Assembly (NCBI GenBank): GCA_044892505.1
Contig: CM097883.1
Span: 336,784,001 to 336,848,000 of the forward strand
Reading direction: 5' to 3'
Source: Schmidtea nova
Taxonomy: Eukaryota
Length of the DNA stretch: 64,000 nucleotides
Translations under genes and position numbers: made by a program
Notes under the pieces: model-generated
What the model saw: only the letters and a program-made list of their open reading frames with translations
What the model was told of the DNA's origin: nothing
The model's database searches: none
Part shown: one piece after another, positions 9,605-21,633 of the stretch
Layout: every line of letters begins with the position of its first letter
Position numbering within the stretch: the stretch's first letter is position 1

Positions 9605-10003
9605 ATGAATAATTTAATGAATCAAGGACGAGTTGCTCGAAAATCATACGGAGCTGGAGTCAATGGTAAATTTACTTTTTATTTAATTATTTATTTTTAA
9701 TATTATTAGAAGTTAATATAGCGAACAATATCGCGAACAATATCTTAAATAACAACGGATATGTCACTGGGACTGGAGTCATTGGAACTGGAGTCATCGG
9801 AAATAGAGTCAATGGTATATTTACTTTTATTATTGTTAATTTTAATTGACAATAATCTTTAGAAATTAATAATGTAATAAATTACGGCCAAACTGATGCT
9901 CAAATTACTGCTGGTTCTCGTTTTTATGCCCCGAATGCAGCTGGTTCTACTTGCAATGGATCAAATTTTAATGCTGCTGGATTAACGATTGGATTGAAAA
10001 AAT
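9605..10003 (+). pseudogene. polB: polB (A) upstream exons 1-3: 9605-9665, 9710-9814, 9863-10003
   Basis: GT-AG phase-1 introns of 44 and 48 nt; same exon structure in B; donor at 10004 joins acceptor at 10658 in polB frame. Confidence 0.65.
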
Positions 10004-10658
10004 GTAAATATTTTGATGATTTTTTATATTATATCTAAGAAAATATATTATTAAATATTTTATTATTTTATAATATTAGAAATGATAATATTATTAAAAA
10101 ATAATAATAATATTTTTAAAATTTTATGAATTTTATGAAAATTAAATGCGTTATGAATTTTAAGAAGTAAAAGTAAATATTTTATTATTTTATAATAATA
10201 ATATTAGAAATGATAATATTATTATAAAACAATAATAATATTTTAAACATTTATGAATTTATGAATTTACTAAAAATGAAATGATTTATATATTTTTATG
10301 AAAATGATTTATTTATGACCATTTTTTTATGAAGAAGAAATTATTTATTTATTTATTTATTTTATTTATGAAAATAAAATGATTTATTTATAAAAATGAT
10401 TTATATATATGAAAAAAGAAATGATTAATGTATTTATGATTAAGAAACCTTTTTATGAACGATAATTTTATGATAACATATTATTTTTAATAATTTACAG
10501 TCACAATATTATCAAAAGTTATTTTAAAAATTTTAAATATTTTTTATTTAAACTTAATATAATACGTAATAGTTTTTGTAAATCATTACGTAATATGTTA
10601 AAGGTAAATAAAATGTTTTTTTATACTTGAATTTAATATTTTATTTCCTGTTATATAG

Positions 10659-10951
10659 GCAATTTATACCCGCAATACTGCAACAGTACTTCCCATAATA
10701 ACTGCCACGTCATAATGGAAAAGTATTACTCTTATAAGTATAACGGTATCACCCACCTTTTATGCCCTAATTGTAATATTATTGATAACATACCATATAT
10801 ACAATTTTATGAAAAACACTGTATTCATTTGAGTCAGTATATGACATCTAAAAAATCACTTTTTAATAAATTATATTCAACACATAACCAACAAACAATA
10901 ATTAATCAACAAATACCAGACCAAGTACGAAATATTAACAAAGAGCTTGAT
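10659..10951 (+). pseudogene. polB: polB (A) main exon, 5' piece, truncated by insertion of Polinton B
   Basis: MEKYYSYKYNGITHLLCPNC matches the start of ORF 13114-17367; frame resumes at 28918 (KELD|NNQ). Confidence 0.9.
10946..10951. repeat. 6-bp target-site duplication CTTGAT (left copy)
   Basis: Identical hexamer at 28918-28923. Confidence 0.95.
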
Positions 10952-11093
10952 AGTAGGTAGATGTGTGGAGCCGGGAACAAAGACATTGCGTGGGCGGAAA
11001 AAAAAAGAACAAAGACCCCCCCTCCCCCCCTCCCCCCCCCCCTCCCCCCCCCTCCCCCGGGGGGTAGAAAATTTTTTTTTTTTTTTTTTTTAA

Positions 11094-11191
11094 TGAGTCA
11101 TCGATGAGTCATCGATGAGTCATCGATGAGTCATCGATGAGTCATACTTTTTTTTTTTTGATGAGTCATCGATGAGTCATCGATGAGTCAT
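11094..11191. promoter_or_regulatory. 11-bp tandem ATGAGTCATCG: 8 AP-1-like TGAGTCA sites
   Basis: Direct reading; mirrored at 28715-28797; also present with TGACGTCA in the A TIR (~34069-34221). Confidence 0.55.
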
Positions 11192-11213
11192 AATTTTTTT
11201 TTTTAAAAATTTT

Positions 11214-11425
11214 TTTCGCGCCAAATTTTTTTTTTTCAAAAATTTTTTTCGCGCCAAATTTTTTTTTTCAAAAATTTTTTTCGCGCCAAATTTTTTTTTT
11301 TTTAAAAATTTATTTCGTGCCAAATTTTTTTTTCAAAATTTTTTTTCGCGCCAAATTTTTTTTTTTCAAATTTTTTTTTTCGCGCCAAATTTTTTTTTTT
11401 TTCAAAAATTTTTTTTCGCGCCAAA
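11214..11425. promoter_or_regulatory. Array of E2F-like sites TTTCGCGCCAAA (6 perfect + 1 variant), ~33-bp period
   Basis: Direct reading; mirrored (4+1 copies) at ~28550-28692. Confidence 0.6.
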
Positions 11426-11836
11426 TTTTTTTTTCAAAAATTTTTTTAAGACAAATTTTTTTTTCAAAAATTTTTTTAAGACAAATTTTTTAAGACGAAT
11501 TTTTTTAACACAAATTATTTTTAGTGAAATTTTTTTTTTTTACAAGACAAAATTAGAGTAATCAAAATTATTTACAACAGGTGTGCAAACTAAACAAAGA
11601 CATTTTTAATTAATTATTATTTGTCAAGTATGAAGCTTTTGCACTTCAAAACCATCACAGAAGAGGTTCTGCTTCCAGGGTTCTGATCGCAATGTTCTGC
11701 TTCCAGGGTTCTGATACTAAATGTTCTGCTACATTTAATTATTATTTTTTCAAACTAAAGACATTGCAACACGTGTGCAAGTTAACAAAGACATTGCAAC
11801 ACACGTGCAAGGACTTTGCAACACGCGTGCAACAAG

Positions 11837-11960
11837 AACAAAGACATTGCAATACACATGCAACATGAACAAAGACATTGCAATACACATGCAACATGAA
11901 CAAAGACATTGCAATACACATGCAACATGAACAAAGACATTGCAATATACATGCAAACTA
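11837..11960. repeat. 31-bp tandem repeat AACAAAGACATTGCAATACACATGCAACATG (x4 plus degenerate copies)
   Basis: Starts at 11837, 11868, 11899, 11930; mirrored in the right TIR. Confidence 0.9.
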
Positions 11961-12734
11961 AACAAAGACACATGCGTGCAACACATAAACAAAGACATTA
12001 AAAAGACAAAATTTATTTATAAATATATCGTTGNNNNNNNNNNNNNNNNNNNNNNNNNNNNNNNNNNNNNNNNNNNNNNNNNNNNNNNNNNNNNNNNNNN
12101 NNNNNNNNNNNNNNNNNNNNNNNNNNNNNNNNNNNNNNNNNNNNNNNNNNNNNNNNNNNNNNNNNNNNNNNNNNNNNNNNNNNNNNNNNNNNNNNNNNNN
12201 NNNNNNNNNNNNNNNNNNNNNNNNNNNNNNNNNNNNNNNNNNNNNNNNNNNNNNNNNNNNNNNNNNNNNNNNNNNNNNNNNNNNNNNNNNNNNNNNNNNN
12301 NNNNNNNNNNNNNNNNNNNNNNNNNNNNNNNNNNNNNNNNNNNNNNNNNNNNNNNNNNNNNNNNNNNNNNNNNNNNNNNNNNNNNNNNNNNNNNNNNNNN
12401 NNNNNNNNNNNNNNNNNNNNNNNNNNNNNNNNNNNNNNNNNNNNNNNNNNNNNNNNNNNNNNNNNNNNNNNNNNNNTAATATTAATAATAATATTAATAA
12501 TAATAATAATAATACTATAAATCAAAATAATAAAACACTTAATAAAACATATAATAATAACTTATAATAACTTATAAAAATAACTTATCAAAAAGAAAAA
12601 ACAAAAACTAATAAAAATAACTTATAAAATATTAACAAAAAAAAAATAATTTCTTAGTTTTAATTGATTGCGCAATTTATTACAATCAAAATGTAATGGC
12701 CCTAAAGAGGACCGTTATTTCTTTCACACTCTGA

Positions 12735-12829
12735 TTCGGCTTTCTGTTTCCGATTATTTTCATTTTCGGCTTTCTGTTTCCGATTATTTTCATTTTCGGC
12801 TTTCTGTTTCCGATTATTTTCATTTTCGG
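12735..12829. repeat. 30-bp tandem repeat (x3)
   Basis: TTCGGCTTTCTGTTTCCGATTATTTTCATT repeated. Confidence 0.9.
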
Positions 12830-13113
12830 TTTTCGTTTCCTTTTCTGTTTCCTTAGCAGTTTTATTTTCTGTTTCTGTTATCTTTTTTTCTTTATCTGTG
12901 AGCTAAATTTTTTTTTTTTATTATTTTTTAAACGATCATAAATTGTGGCCCTGAAGAGGGCCGATTGTTCGTTCTCATATCTTTTTTTGGTTTTTTCTTT
13001 GTTGAATTTTTTCGGCTTTTTCTTTTTCATTTTCTTTTTTTTCTTTTTTTTTTTTTTTTTTTATTTTTCCATTCTTCTCATATTTCTCATCCTTATTATC
13101 ATCAGTCTTGACA

Positions 13114-13173
13114 TCATCCGAAGTAGTCCCGAGCAGTCGGATCATGGAAATCATAAGGGTCATCAGACGGACC

Positions 13174-13211
<38 letters not shown>

Positions 13212-16200
13212 GAAGATTCTGCTGTTCTGATCCATCATCACCTACAAATATAGTGGTGTCACCCCCCATATAGTGGCCATACGCTAAACTTTTATTTTTT
13301 TCCACCCAGTTCCTCTTATCATCCCTACAAGATAAGGCTCTCTTATTGCTTTTAATACTAAAGAGTTGATGATTTTTACTCGTAATGCGGAACTGGGGGA
13401 CATTGTATATCTTATCATTAAGGTAACAGTCAAGATAAGATTGATGTGTGAGACCTGCATCTTTCAAACAGATCCCCTTGGCTTTCATGCAGGCCTCGTC
13501 TCCCATAAGACTATAGCACTTAGGTCTTAAGAAAACCCACTCATCATACAGTAGACCCTTATTCTCATCCTTAAATTTACCAATCACAGAATCAAGGGTC
13601 CTACTATACAATGCATGATGAGTGTCGTAATTAGAGGTATCCAAAAGCCTATCTCGAATCATGGCGGTCAAAAGAGTGTTCAAGTCAAGATTTTTGATTT
13701 CCAAGAAGAAGGAATCAGTATCCCCAGCAACGATGTTAATTTCGCAGTTGAAGTCGTTACGATATTTTTGTAACTCTTCATACTGCAGCTGGTACATACG
13801 AAGTTTGGATAAATCCAGTACGGTTTGTCCAATGTAGCTGGGTCTATCCAAACATACTGATTCCTTCTGAAGCAATACGGAGATGAGGTCATTGTCTATT
13901 TTGTTTGTTTTTTTAAAATTAGCTTTTGACGTGTAAGTCAGCATTTTTTGTGCCGAGTTACACAGTCGTAAATTAATTCTTTTTTTTAAATTCTCTACGG
14001 TTTTGCCGTAGAGACTATTATTTAATAATTTATAAAAGTTCTTATCGAGCTTATTTGTAGATGCAGCTCGTAAGTCTGTGTTTATTTTTATATAATTATA
14101 AAAGATTTTATTTTGTGTAAATTTAATAGCGCGATGTATGTGCGTTACCTTCACACCAATTTTAATAAATAGTTGCAGAAGCCGCCAATGAAGAACATAA
14201 TTCTTCTTTGGAAGATGCGTTAGCAAAAGCTTCTCAACCTTGGATCCCGGTGCACACATCTTTTCAGCGGCAACTGGAAGATCATCCAGTTTGTCGTGAA
14301 TCGATGCCGGAATTTCCAAATCCACTTCTATGGTGTAACCATAATGAAGTGTATCGAGATTTTCCGATGTGCACTCACAAACGATGTTCTTTAATAATTG
14401 GTCATCAGTGACCCACTCAAAATTACCACAAGGAAGGGGTTGGCTTAAGGCCCACCCATATAAATTATTTATGTCAATATATAGTAATGCGGTATCCGGG
14501 CTCGTCTTGACATAATGTTTATTGACAAACGTTAGTCCGCCGCGAATACCGCCCTCGAAAAAGTTATACATCTCCATATCGGTGAGGAGCTCGATAGGAG
14601 AGTCAAGAGTTAATAAAGCGGAACTCCACGACATGCCGGGAATTCCGAGAAAATTTAAAGGCTCAAGCCTGTTATGGTTAATTGATTTTAATCGAAATTG
14701 CTGAAAATAATCAGCTAACAAAAACACATCCAATTTTAAATAAACCATCATGTAATCGTACAGTGATGTACATGATGTTTCTTGCCAGATTTTATGGGCA
14801 GCAGCATACTCGACAGCAGTTATATCTTTCCATTTCGGGGGTAAACACAAGGTTGATTTTAAAACTTCTAAAGAAGTGGCAGCGTCATAAGGAAAAATGC
14901 CCTTGGCAGTGACTATAGTGCCTCGAAATTCAGATTGTGTTAATGGTAAGCTAGTGAGTGTTTTTACTGCATTATTTAGAGACTCACTTACAAACTGATA
15001 AGAGTCAATAAATTTTACGGTCAGGCTATCGATGTACGCGAAAAGACTTAAAAACTTTTCACTAGTCAATGGAATACAACTAATATTCCAACTGTTATAT
15101 TTGGAAAGACCATATTTTAAAATATGGTGTAAATCGTAACCCTTCAAGTTGTGAAAGATTACGGGCAAAGAGTGTCGTATTTGCCGGGACTTGTTACATT
15201 CTGAGCAGGCTGCTCCAATATAAAGACCGGTGAAATGGTCGTGATCCCTAACAGGCGCAACTAAAAGTTTTTTGCATAAATAACAATTAGTGCTATTATC
15301 AAATTGTCGCTGTTGGGTCGCAGTGATAGTCATACGTTTTTGATAATTTTTATAATAATAGGGTGTCACTATATACCGACTGATTGACTCAATTTCTCTT
15401 AAGAATTGATCAACACAGTCTAACCCTACAAAAGACTTGTAAATTCTCACCCCAGAAAAGTTGTTAATGAGAAGGAGACCTGCGGCAATAGGAAGATGTT
15501 TTTGATGGTGAACAGTGTCTTTCGGTAATATTGCCTCGAAATCTGCATATATTACGAAAGGAGGAGTTACTGTTTTCTTCCAATCAGTAAACTCCAAAAA
15601 TTTATTTTTTGGTAAGGTGTACAGTGTAGTACCCAACTGATTTTTGGTACAAAGACCCATATGACGATTAAAGGCTTCGTCATTCCTAAACCCATTCAAG
15701 CAACGAGGGCACCATTGACTACAAATCCTAACTGGGGTGATTGTGCTGTTTCGGCAATTCAAAAAGCGATTCAGATCGGTAATCGCAAGATAATGAAAAT
15801 TATCTTTTTTCTCCAAAAGAAGCAAATTTATGGGAATAGCCCCGACTACTTTACTACGGTAGACTATATCGATAAAGGGATGTTTAAGAACGACATTATC
15901 ATCATTGTCATTGTCGCTTACATCTATTTGGGCCTTTTCGTCATATGTAAGGACATTAATACTATAGCCACTGTTTTGTCTCTCAAATTTTTTGATGTTA
16001 ACTAATTTCATGGGCATGTCGGTGGGGTCAAAAACAAGTTGGGAAAGATCATAAGAAGTAGTCCTATGCCTGTATTGGCGTTCAATACTATTATATTTAA
16101 CTACTGCCAAGAAACTGTAAAGAAAGCAATAGGTGTCATTATTTTGGACATTTACAAGGCAACTTAAATTTCTTAAAGTATTCGGCGTCTGGATATAACT

Positions 16201-16727
16201 GCTGCCGCTCAATCGACTAATTTCCGAAAATTTAGTGACTAAAAAACTAATATATTCTATTTTGGAGATTGTCCAATTACTCCCCTTTTCGTTAATCTGG
16301 ACAATCTTCTCATTTAAATTAGTGACACCTTCCTCAATAAAGGTATCACTCCACTCTCTGGCAGAATTTGAGATGACGAAAGATTGTAATTGATCATCTT
16401 TCTCAAATTCTACCTTGAGACAAAATTGTATTTTTACAGATTTTAAATTAATAATATAAGATTTTAGTTTTTCTAATAATATATCCGGCACAGAGACCGT
16501 TTTTAATAATAAATTAGATACATCCATTTTTATAATAAAATGGGTATCGTTCAAGTCGGAAGTAACTTCAACAATACCCATTCCAATTTGATTATTATTA
16601 TTATTATTTAAAATATTAACATAATCGTCAAATTCATCATCATTGACGATTATGTCAGATATAATATTGATATTACTACTTTTATTATAAATAAGATCAT
16701 CCTCATCATCACTGATGAGGGATATAA

Positions 16728-16758
<31 letters not shown>

Positions 16759-17423
16759 ATTATTATTATTATTATTATTATTAGAAATATTATTTTCATC
16801 TTCATCATCGCTGATGTCGATTATGATCAGTTTTTTAGGAACTGAATCCATTATTGTTGTGTTTTTTCTTTTATTATTTAGTTTTTGTAAAGTATTATTA
16901 TTTTGTATATTATTATTATTTTGATTATTTTGATTAAGTGTATTATAATTTAGTTTTTGTAAAGTATTATTTTGTAGATTATTATTTTGTAGATTATTTT
17001 GATTAAGTTTATTATTATTTTCTAGATTATTTTGATTAAGTGTATTATTATTTTTATTTATAGTATTATTATTTTGATTAAGTATATTATTATTTTTATT
17101 TATAGTATTATTTTGATTAAGTGTATTATTATTATTATTATTATGATTTATAGTATTATGAAGGTTATTGTTGTTGTTGTTGTTGATATTGTTAATATAA
17201 TTAGCATATATGTTATTAAAAAGACATTTTTTCGAAGGCATGAATTGTGAAAGGTGACTTCTATGCGAAAGAAAAAATTCACTATAAGATGTTGTTGAAA
17301 TTATTTTACATTTTGGGCAGAGGAGGTGGGTGACACCATTATATTTATAGGTATAGTACTTTTCCATAATGACATGACAGTCATTATGGAAACGACTATT
17401 ACAAAAATTGTAATAAATTGAAC
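13114..17423 (-). CDS. polB: Protein-primed family B DNA polymerase (main exon), with poly-Asn linker, vOTU-like, EndoVII-like Zn, exonuclease and polymerase domains
   Basis: YADFEA (ExoI), YIDINNLYG, KLLNNSLYGK, AGDTDS; VQNNDTYCF...HYLAI; CYLC...RDHDHFTG...ACSECN. Confidence 0.97.
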
Positions 17424-18372
17424 CTTAATATTAAATAAAAAATTTAAATAATTATTAATTGTTAAAATATAAAATAATATTATCATTAAATTTTATTAAA
17501 ATATTCGTTAAAAAAAAAAAAAAAAAAAATTATTCTTAAAAATTCACATTGTTAATAATTTACCTTTAACATATTAAGTAATTATTTGAATTATATATTA
17601 CTTAATATGTTAAATATAAATTATTATAATATATTTCTTTATTATTTCGTAATATTATTCTTGATTAATATTTCATTGTCTTTTTTTTAATCGATCATAA
17701 AATTTTAAAATAATAAAAAACATTATCATAATAATATATATAAAAATAAAACATAGAATAAAATATTTATTTTTCTTCATATTATTCATAAATATTTCAT
17801 CATGATTAAAAGTCATATTGTTAATATTACATTTAACATATTAAGTTATATATTTAATACAATTACTTAATATGTTAAATGTAATATTAATTTATATAAA
17901 ATTCAATATAAAATAATTTATTTATTTATTTATGTTCCATCATAATTTTCATAATAAAAAAAAAAAAAAATTAAATTCCTAATAATCTTATTCATCATAA
18001 TAAATCATATTGTTCTTCATTAAAATAAGTTCATCATCATCATCATCATCATCATAATAATTCATCTTTGTCTTCATTTCATAATAATTCATCTTCATAA
18101 TAATTTCATAATAATTCTTCTTTTTTTCTTCATTTAAATATTTTCATCTTCATCATAATAATTTCATAATAATTCATCTTTTTCTTCATTTCATTTAAAT
18201 ATTTTCATCATCATCATAATAATTTCAATATATAAAAAATTCTTCATTTCATTTAAACATTTAATATACATCATAAAATTATTATTAATAAATTAAATTA
18301 TAAATGAATTAAATAAAAATGATAAAAATATTATTATTATTATTATATAAAAAAATAAAAATAAAAAATTAC

Positions 18373-18728
18373 ATTTTCGAGAGTTTTTAAAACTCTGACC
18401 AGCGAAATTCGGGACATCATTCATCATGTTATCATCATCAGCATATCTCGGAACATCAATAATCGGGACATCAAGCGAGACATCCATCGAGGCATCAATA
18501 TCAACATTATTATCCTCTAAAATTTTAATAATAATAAATAAAATTAAAATAATATTAATTTTACCAATTATTCTAATCGTTTTTCCGAGTTCGTTTGATG
18601 ATCCGGCCATAGTGTTAGATATATTAATTGCTAGAAAAAAAAAATAAAATAATAATAATAATAATAATAGTAATAAATTTACTGTTAAGTCCTCCGGCGA
18701 TACGTTTTGATAAATTTAAATTATTCAT
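18373..18728 (-). CDS. polB: polB (B) upstream exons 1-3: 18728-18683, 18630-18565, 18516-18373
   Basis: 52- and 48-nt GT-AG phase-1 introns; intron 18372-17424 joins in frame, giving a predicted 1521-aa protein. Confidence 0.65.
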
Positions 18729-19120
18729 ATTCTTCATTTTTCTTTTTTAAATTGATAAAATAATTTGAAATTGATTAAAAATTTTGTGAGTAAAAAGTGA
18801 CGAAATAATTCAAGTATATACTATATAAAGGTGAATTTTATTAACCGACCAATCAGAATCGAGATAGGATAGGCAAATACATGCACACATACTGCACACA
18901 TAATATACCTTTGTTTATGTATGTTTGACGTCACGATATTGCTTTGTATCGTGACAAAGACATGACATGTCACGTTTTATCATGTGCTTATCACGCATTG
19001 ATCACGCACTGGTCATGCCTTTGTGATGAAAATAATAATATTTATAATTAATAATAATAAAAATAATAATTAATAAAAAAATAATAATTAATAAAAATAA
19101 TAAAAAATAATAAAATACAT

Positions 19121-19522
19121 TTATTGCTTTAAATAATCAACAACAGCAGACAAGCACCCTTTATAGGCACACATGCAATGATCTTTATAGGGACATGAAA
19201 TGTTTTCAGGAACATATTCAACTTCTTTATAATTATATTTAATTAATCGTAATTTGGGAAAATACTTCTTCAAAACATGCATCTTTTCATTATCGGTAAC
19301 ATAGAAAATAGCTCCTTTATCTGTAATATCATCCATTATACATTTTGGGCAAAAATAATCTTGTCCTTCAAACGATTCTATACGATCAGGCCATAAAGAT
19401 AAATCACTGTATATATAATACTGAGGTGTGAAAATATTATTGACATTCATAATACATAATTCCTTAATTGTTGTTCCACCCATTTCATTATATCCATAAA
19501 AATCGATAAAATAACAAGACAT
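19121..19522 (-). CDS. DEDD/DnaQ-exonuclease-like Polinton protein
   Basis: YFIDFYG...TIKELCI; homolog of 8734-9150. Confidence 0.6.
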   Translation of the reverse strand: MSCYFIDFYGYNEMGGTTIKELCIMNVNNIFTPQYYIYSDLSLWPDRIESFEGQDYFCPKCIMDDITDKGAIFYVTDNEKMHVLKKYFPKLRLIKYNYKEVEYVPENISCPYKDHCMCAYKGCLSAVVDYLKQ

Positions 19523-19554
19523 TTTTTCAAATAAAGTTTATTAAAATAAATTGT

Positions 19555-19878
19555 TTATAACATTGATTTCAACCATGCAAGGCAATGTTCACCACAAGTG
19601 ATTGTTAAAGGATGCTGATACCGAATTCTATTATACACAATAGGTTTACCGATAGTTTGTAGTTTTCGAACAAGTAAATTCGGATAATAATATCCAAAGG
19701 GATCAAATACATGTATTCGATCTGGTTTCACATAAACTGCAATCCAATGTTCACCGCCCAACGTAGATGTCTGAGTATTTACAATGATGGCTTGATTCAT
19801 TTTCAAATAAGGTATTTTATCGAGAGGAAATACTCCAATAAATTGATTTCCCAATAGTTTTTTACCTTGTTGTAATAC
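19555..19878 (-). CDS. Adenain-like cysteine protease (start codon unresolved)
   Basis: Catalytic H (GEHW), D (FDPFG), Q (RYQ), C (TCGEHC); intron-like 19879-19927 upstream. Confidence 0.88.
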   Translation of the reverse strand, partial: VLQQGKKLLGNQFIGVFPLDKIPYLKMNQAIIVNTQTSTLGGEHWIAVYVKPDRIHVFDPFGYYYPNLLVRKLQTIGKPIVYNRIRYQHPLTITCGEHCLAWLKSML

Positions 19879-20032
19879 CTGAAAAGAACTATTTCAAAAT
19901 AAATAACTAATCAATTAAAAATCTTACTCCATAATAATAATAATAAAAATAATAACTTTGATCATTTATACTGTTTAAGCTTTGCTCAAAATACAAATGT
20001 TTAAGCTCAAACCAATAATGTTTGAGCTCTGC

Positions 20033-21253
20033 TCAAACCAGTATTGTTCGATTGGCAGTAATTTGAACTTCATTTTCAAAAACTCCATAAATAACTACAT
20101 GAACCGGTTCATCAATAGGTTTGGCAAACTTTATATCGAGTCGTAAATTTCCGTTTTGAGGGATTTGGCTTTGATTCAAATCAAAATCGGGAGCCAGAAC
20201 AAATGTAAAGAATGGATAACTAGATTTAAATTCATCTAGACCAATACCACAATTCAAGTTTTTATCCAAATAACCTAGATTTCGGACAAGACTTTGCATA
20301 TATGATGCACTAAAATTATCATTTTCAAAATCCTGGGTATATGTTTCACGATAATCGGTATTTTTCGACAATGTTAATGAAGTCACATTAAAATGTTTGA
20401 ATGTTGATGTTGACTCGGTATAAGACCCATTATATTGATTTTCAGATTGAAAAGCCACAAGAATGAAATTAGGCATTCGTCTATCTCCAAATATTTGCTC
20501 CTTGTAAAATGACGATGCCCCTTTACCGATAGCAAACGATACGATTTCTTTAGATTTTAATGGATAAATTGCATGTTTTTTATTTAAACCAATTTGATGA
20601 CCGGCCAATACTGAAGAATCACATCGAACTCTTCTTACCATTAATTTTGCATCAACTATTTGGATAACTGGTTTCCCAGCTGCAGATTTCAATGATAATG
20701 CAGAATCAGATCGCTTCAATCTAATATGTACATTAACTCCGGGAAGTAAGTATTTAGGTTGATCCATAAAATCCAGTTGTAATGACGAACACATGTTGAA
20801 AAGTTTAGATCCCTTTATCCATTTTTTCCGATCGTCGGCTGAACCATATCCCATTGGAGTAAGACACGTTTCTTTAGCATCATTCGTATAATTTAAAATA
20901 GTTTCGATTATTGCCTTGTGTGCATATGTATTGTTTCCACCCTCGATTTTTATATTATTAAATCCGAGAATTACATCTTTGAAAAGTGTATGAAACAAAT
21001 AATTATTGGGAACTACATCACTCACATCAGCTAGAGCTTTTTTATCTTTATCTACAACCTTGATTGTAACGGACAATAATGTATCGTTCAAATCCAAATA
21101 TTCGGTTTGAGAACCATTAATGTAAAATTCAACATCATTTCTACTATCTGTAATTGAATTCATTGGAAACACATCTTCAAACGCCCCATATTCAATAACT
21201 GCTTGAGGTGATGGTCGATCAAAAAGACATAATTCAGATTTACCGCAAATCAT
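20033..21253 (-). CDS. Major capsid protein (double jelly-roll)
   Basis: Colinear homolog of 7013-8233. Confidence 0.9.
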   Translation of the reverse strand: MICGKSELCLFDRPSPQAVIEYGAFEDVFPMNSITDSRNDVEFYINGSQTEYLDLNDTLLSVTIKVVDKDKKALADVSDVVPNNYLFHTLFKDVILGFNNIKIEGGNNTYAHKAIIETILNYTNDAKETCLTPMGYGSADDRKKWIKGSKLFNMCSSLQLDFMDQPKYLLPGVNVHIRLKRSDSALSLKSAAGKPVIQIVDAKLMVRRVRCDSSVLAGHQIGLNKKHAIYPLKSKEIVSFAIGKGASSFYKEQIFGDRRMPNFILVAFQSENQYNGSYTESTSTFKHFNVTSLTLSKNTDYRETYTQDFENDNFSASYMQSLVRNLGYLDKNLNCGIGLDEFKSSYPFFTFVLAPDFDLNQSQIPQNGNLRLDIKFAKPIDEPVHVVIYGVFENEVQITANRTILV

Positions 21254-21633
21254 TCTTCAAATATAGTTCCATGACCTTTCATTCGTTTGTTTATACGTTT
21301 TCGTTTACGTCTTGGTCCTACCGGTACAGATTCCGGTTCCTTATTTTTTGTAAACATATTTGTAATTGTAGGAAGCATTTGTGTTACAGCAGGTATAGCT
21401 TTATTAACTGCGGCCAAAGCATTGGTTTTCAATGACGGTAATATTTTATTATCTTTCATGAGAACGTCCTTGGCAGTATTCATTCCGAAATTACCTAGTC
21501 GTCTAAGAATTGGAAGTGCAAATCTCCCAATAGTTTTCAACCAACCTGATCCGTACTGTTTACCGACAAAATACGGTAATTCGCCACCAGTTTGGCTATC
21601 ACTGTACATTGAAACTATATCGGGATTACTCAT
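21250..21633 (-). CDS. Putative internal virion protein (pVI/pX-like)
   Basis: Homolog of 6636-7016. Confidence 0.65.
   Translation of the reverse strand: MSNPDIVSMYSDSQTGGELPYFVGKQYGSGWLKTIGRFALPILRRLGNFGMNTAKDVLMKDNKILPSLKTNALAAVNKAIPAVTQMLPTITNMFTKNKEPESVPVGPRRKRKRINKRMKGHGTIFEE

Larger units (their letters stand above)
10952..12033. repeat. Left TIR of Polinton B (inner end lies in the N gap)
   Basis: Reverse complement of 27865-28917 apart from homopolymer and repeat-number differences. Confidence 0.95.
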
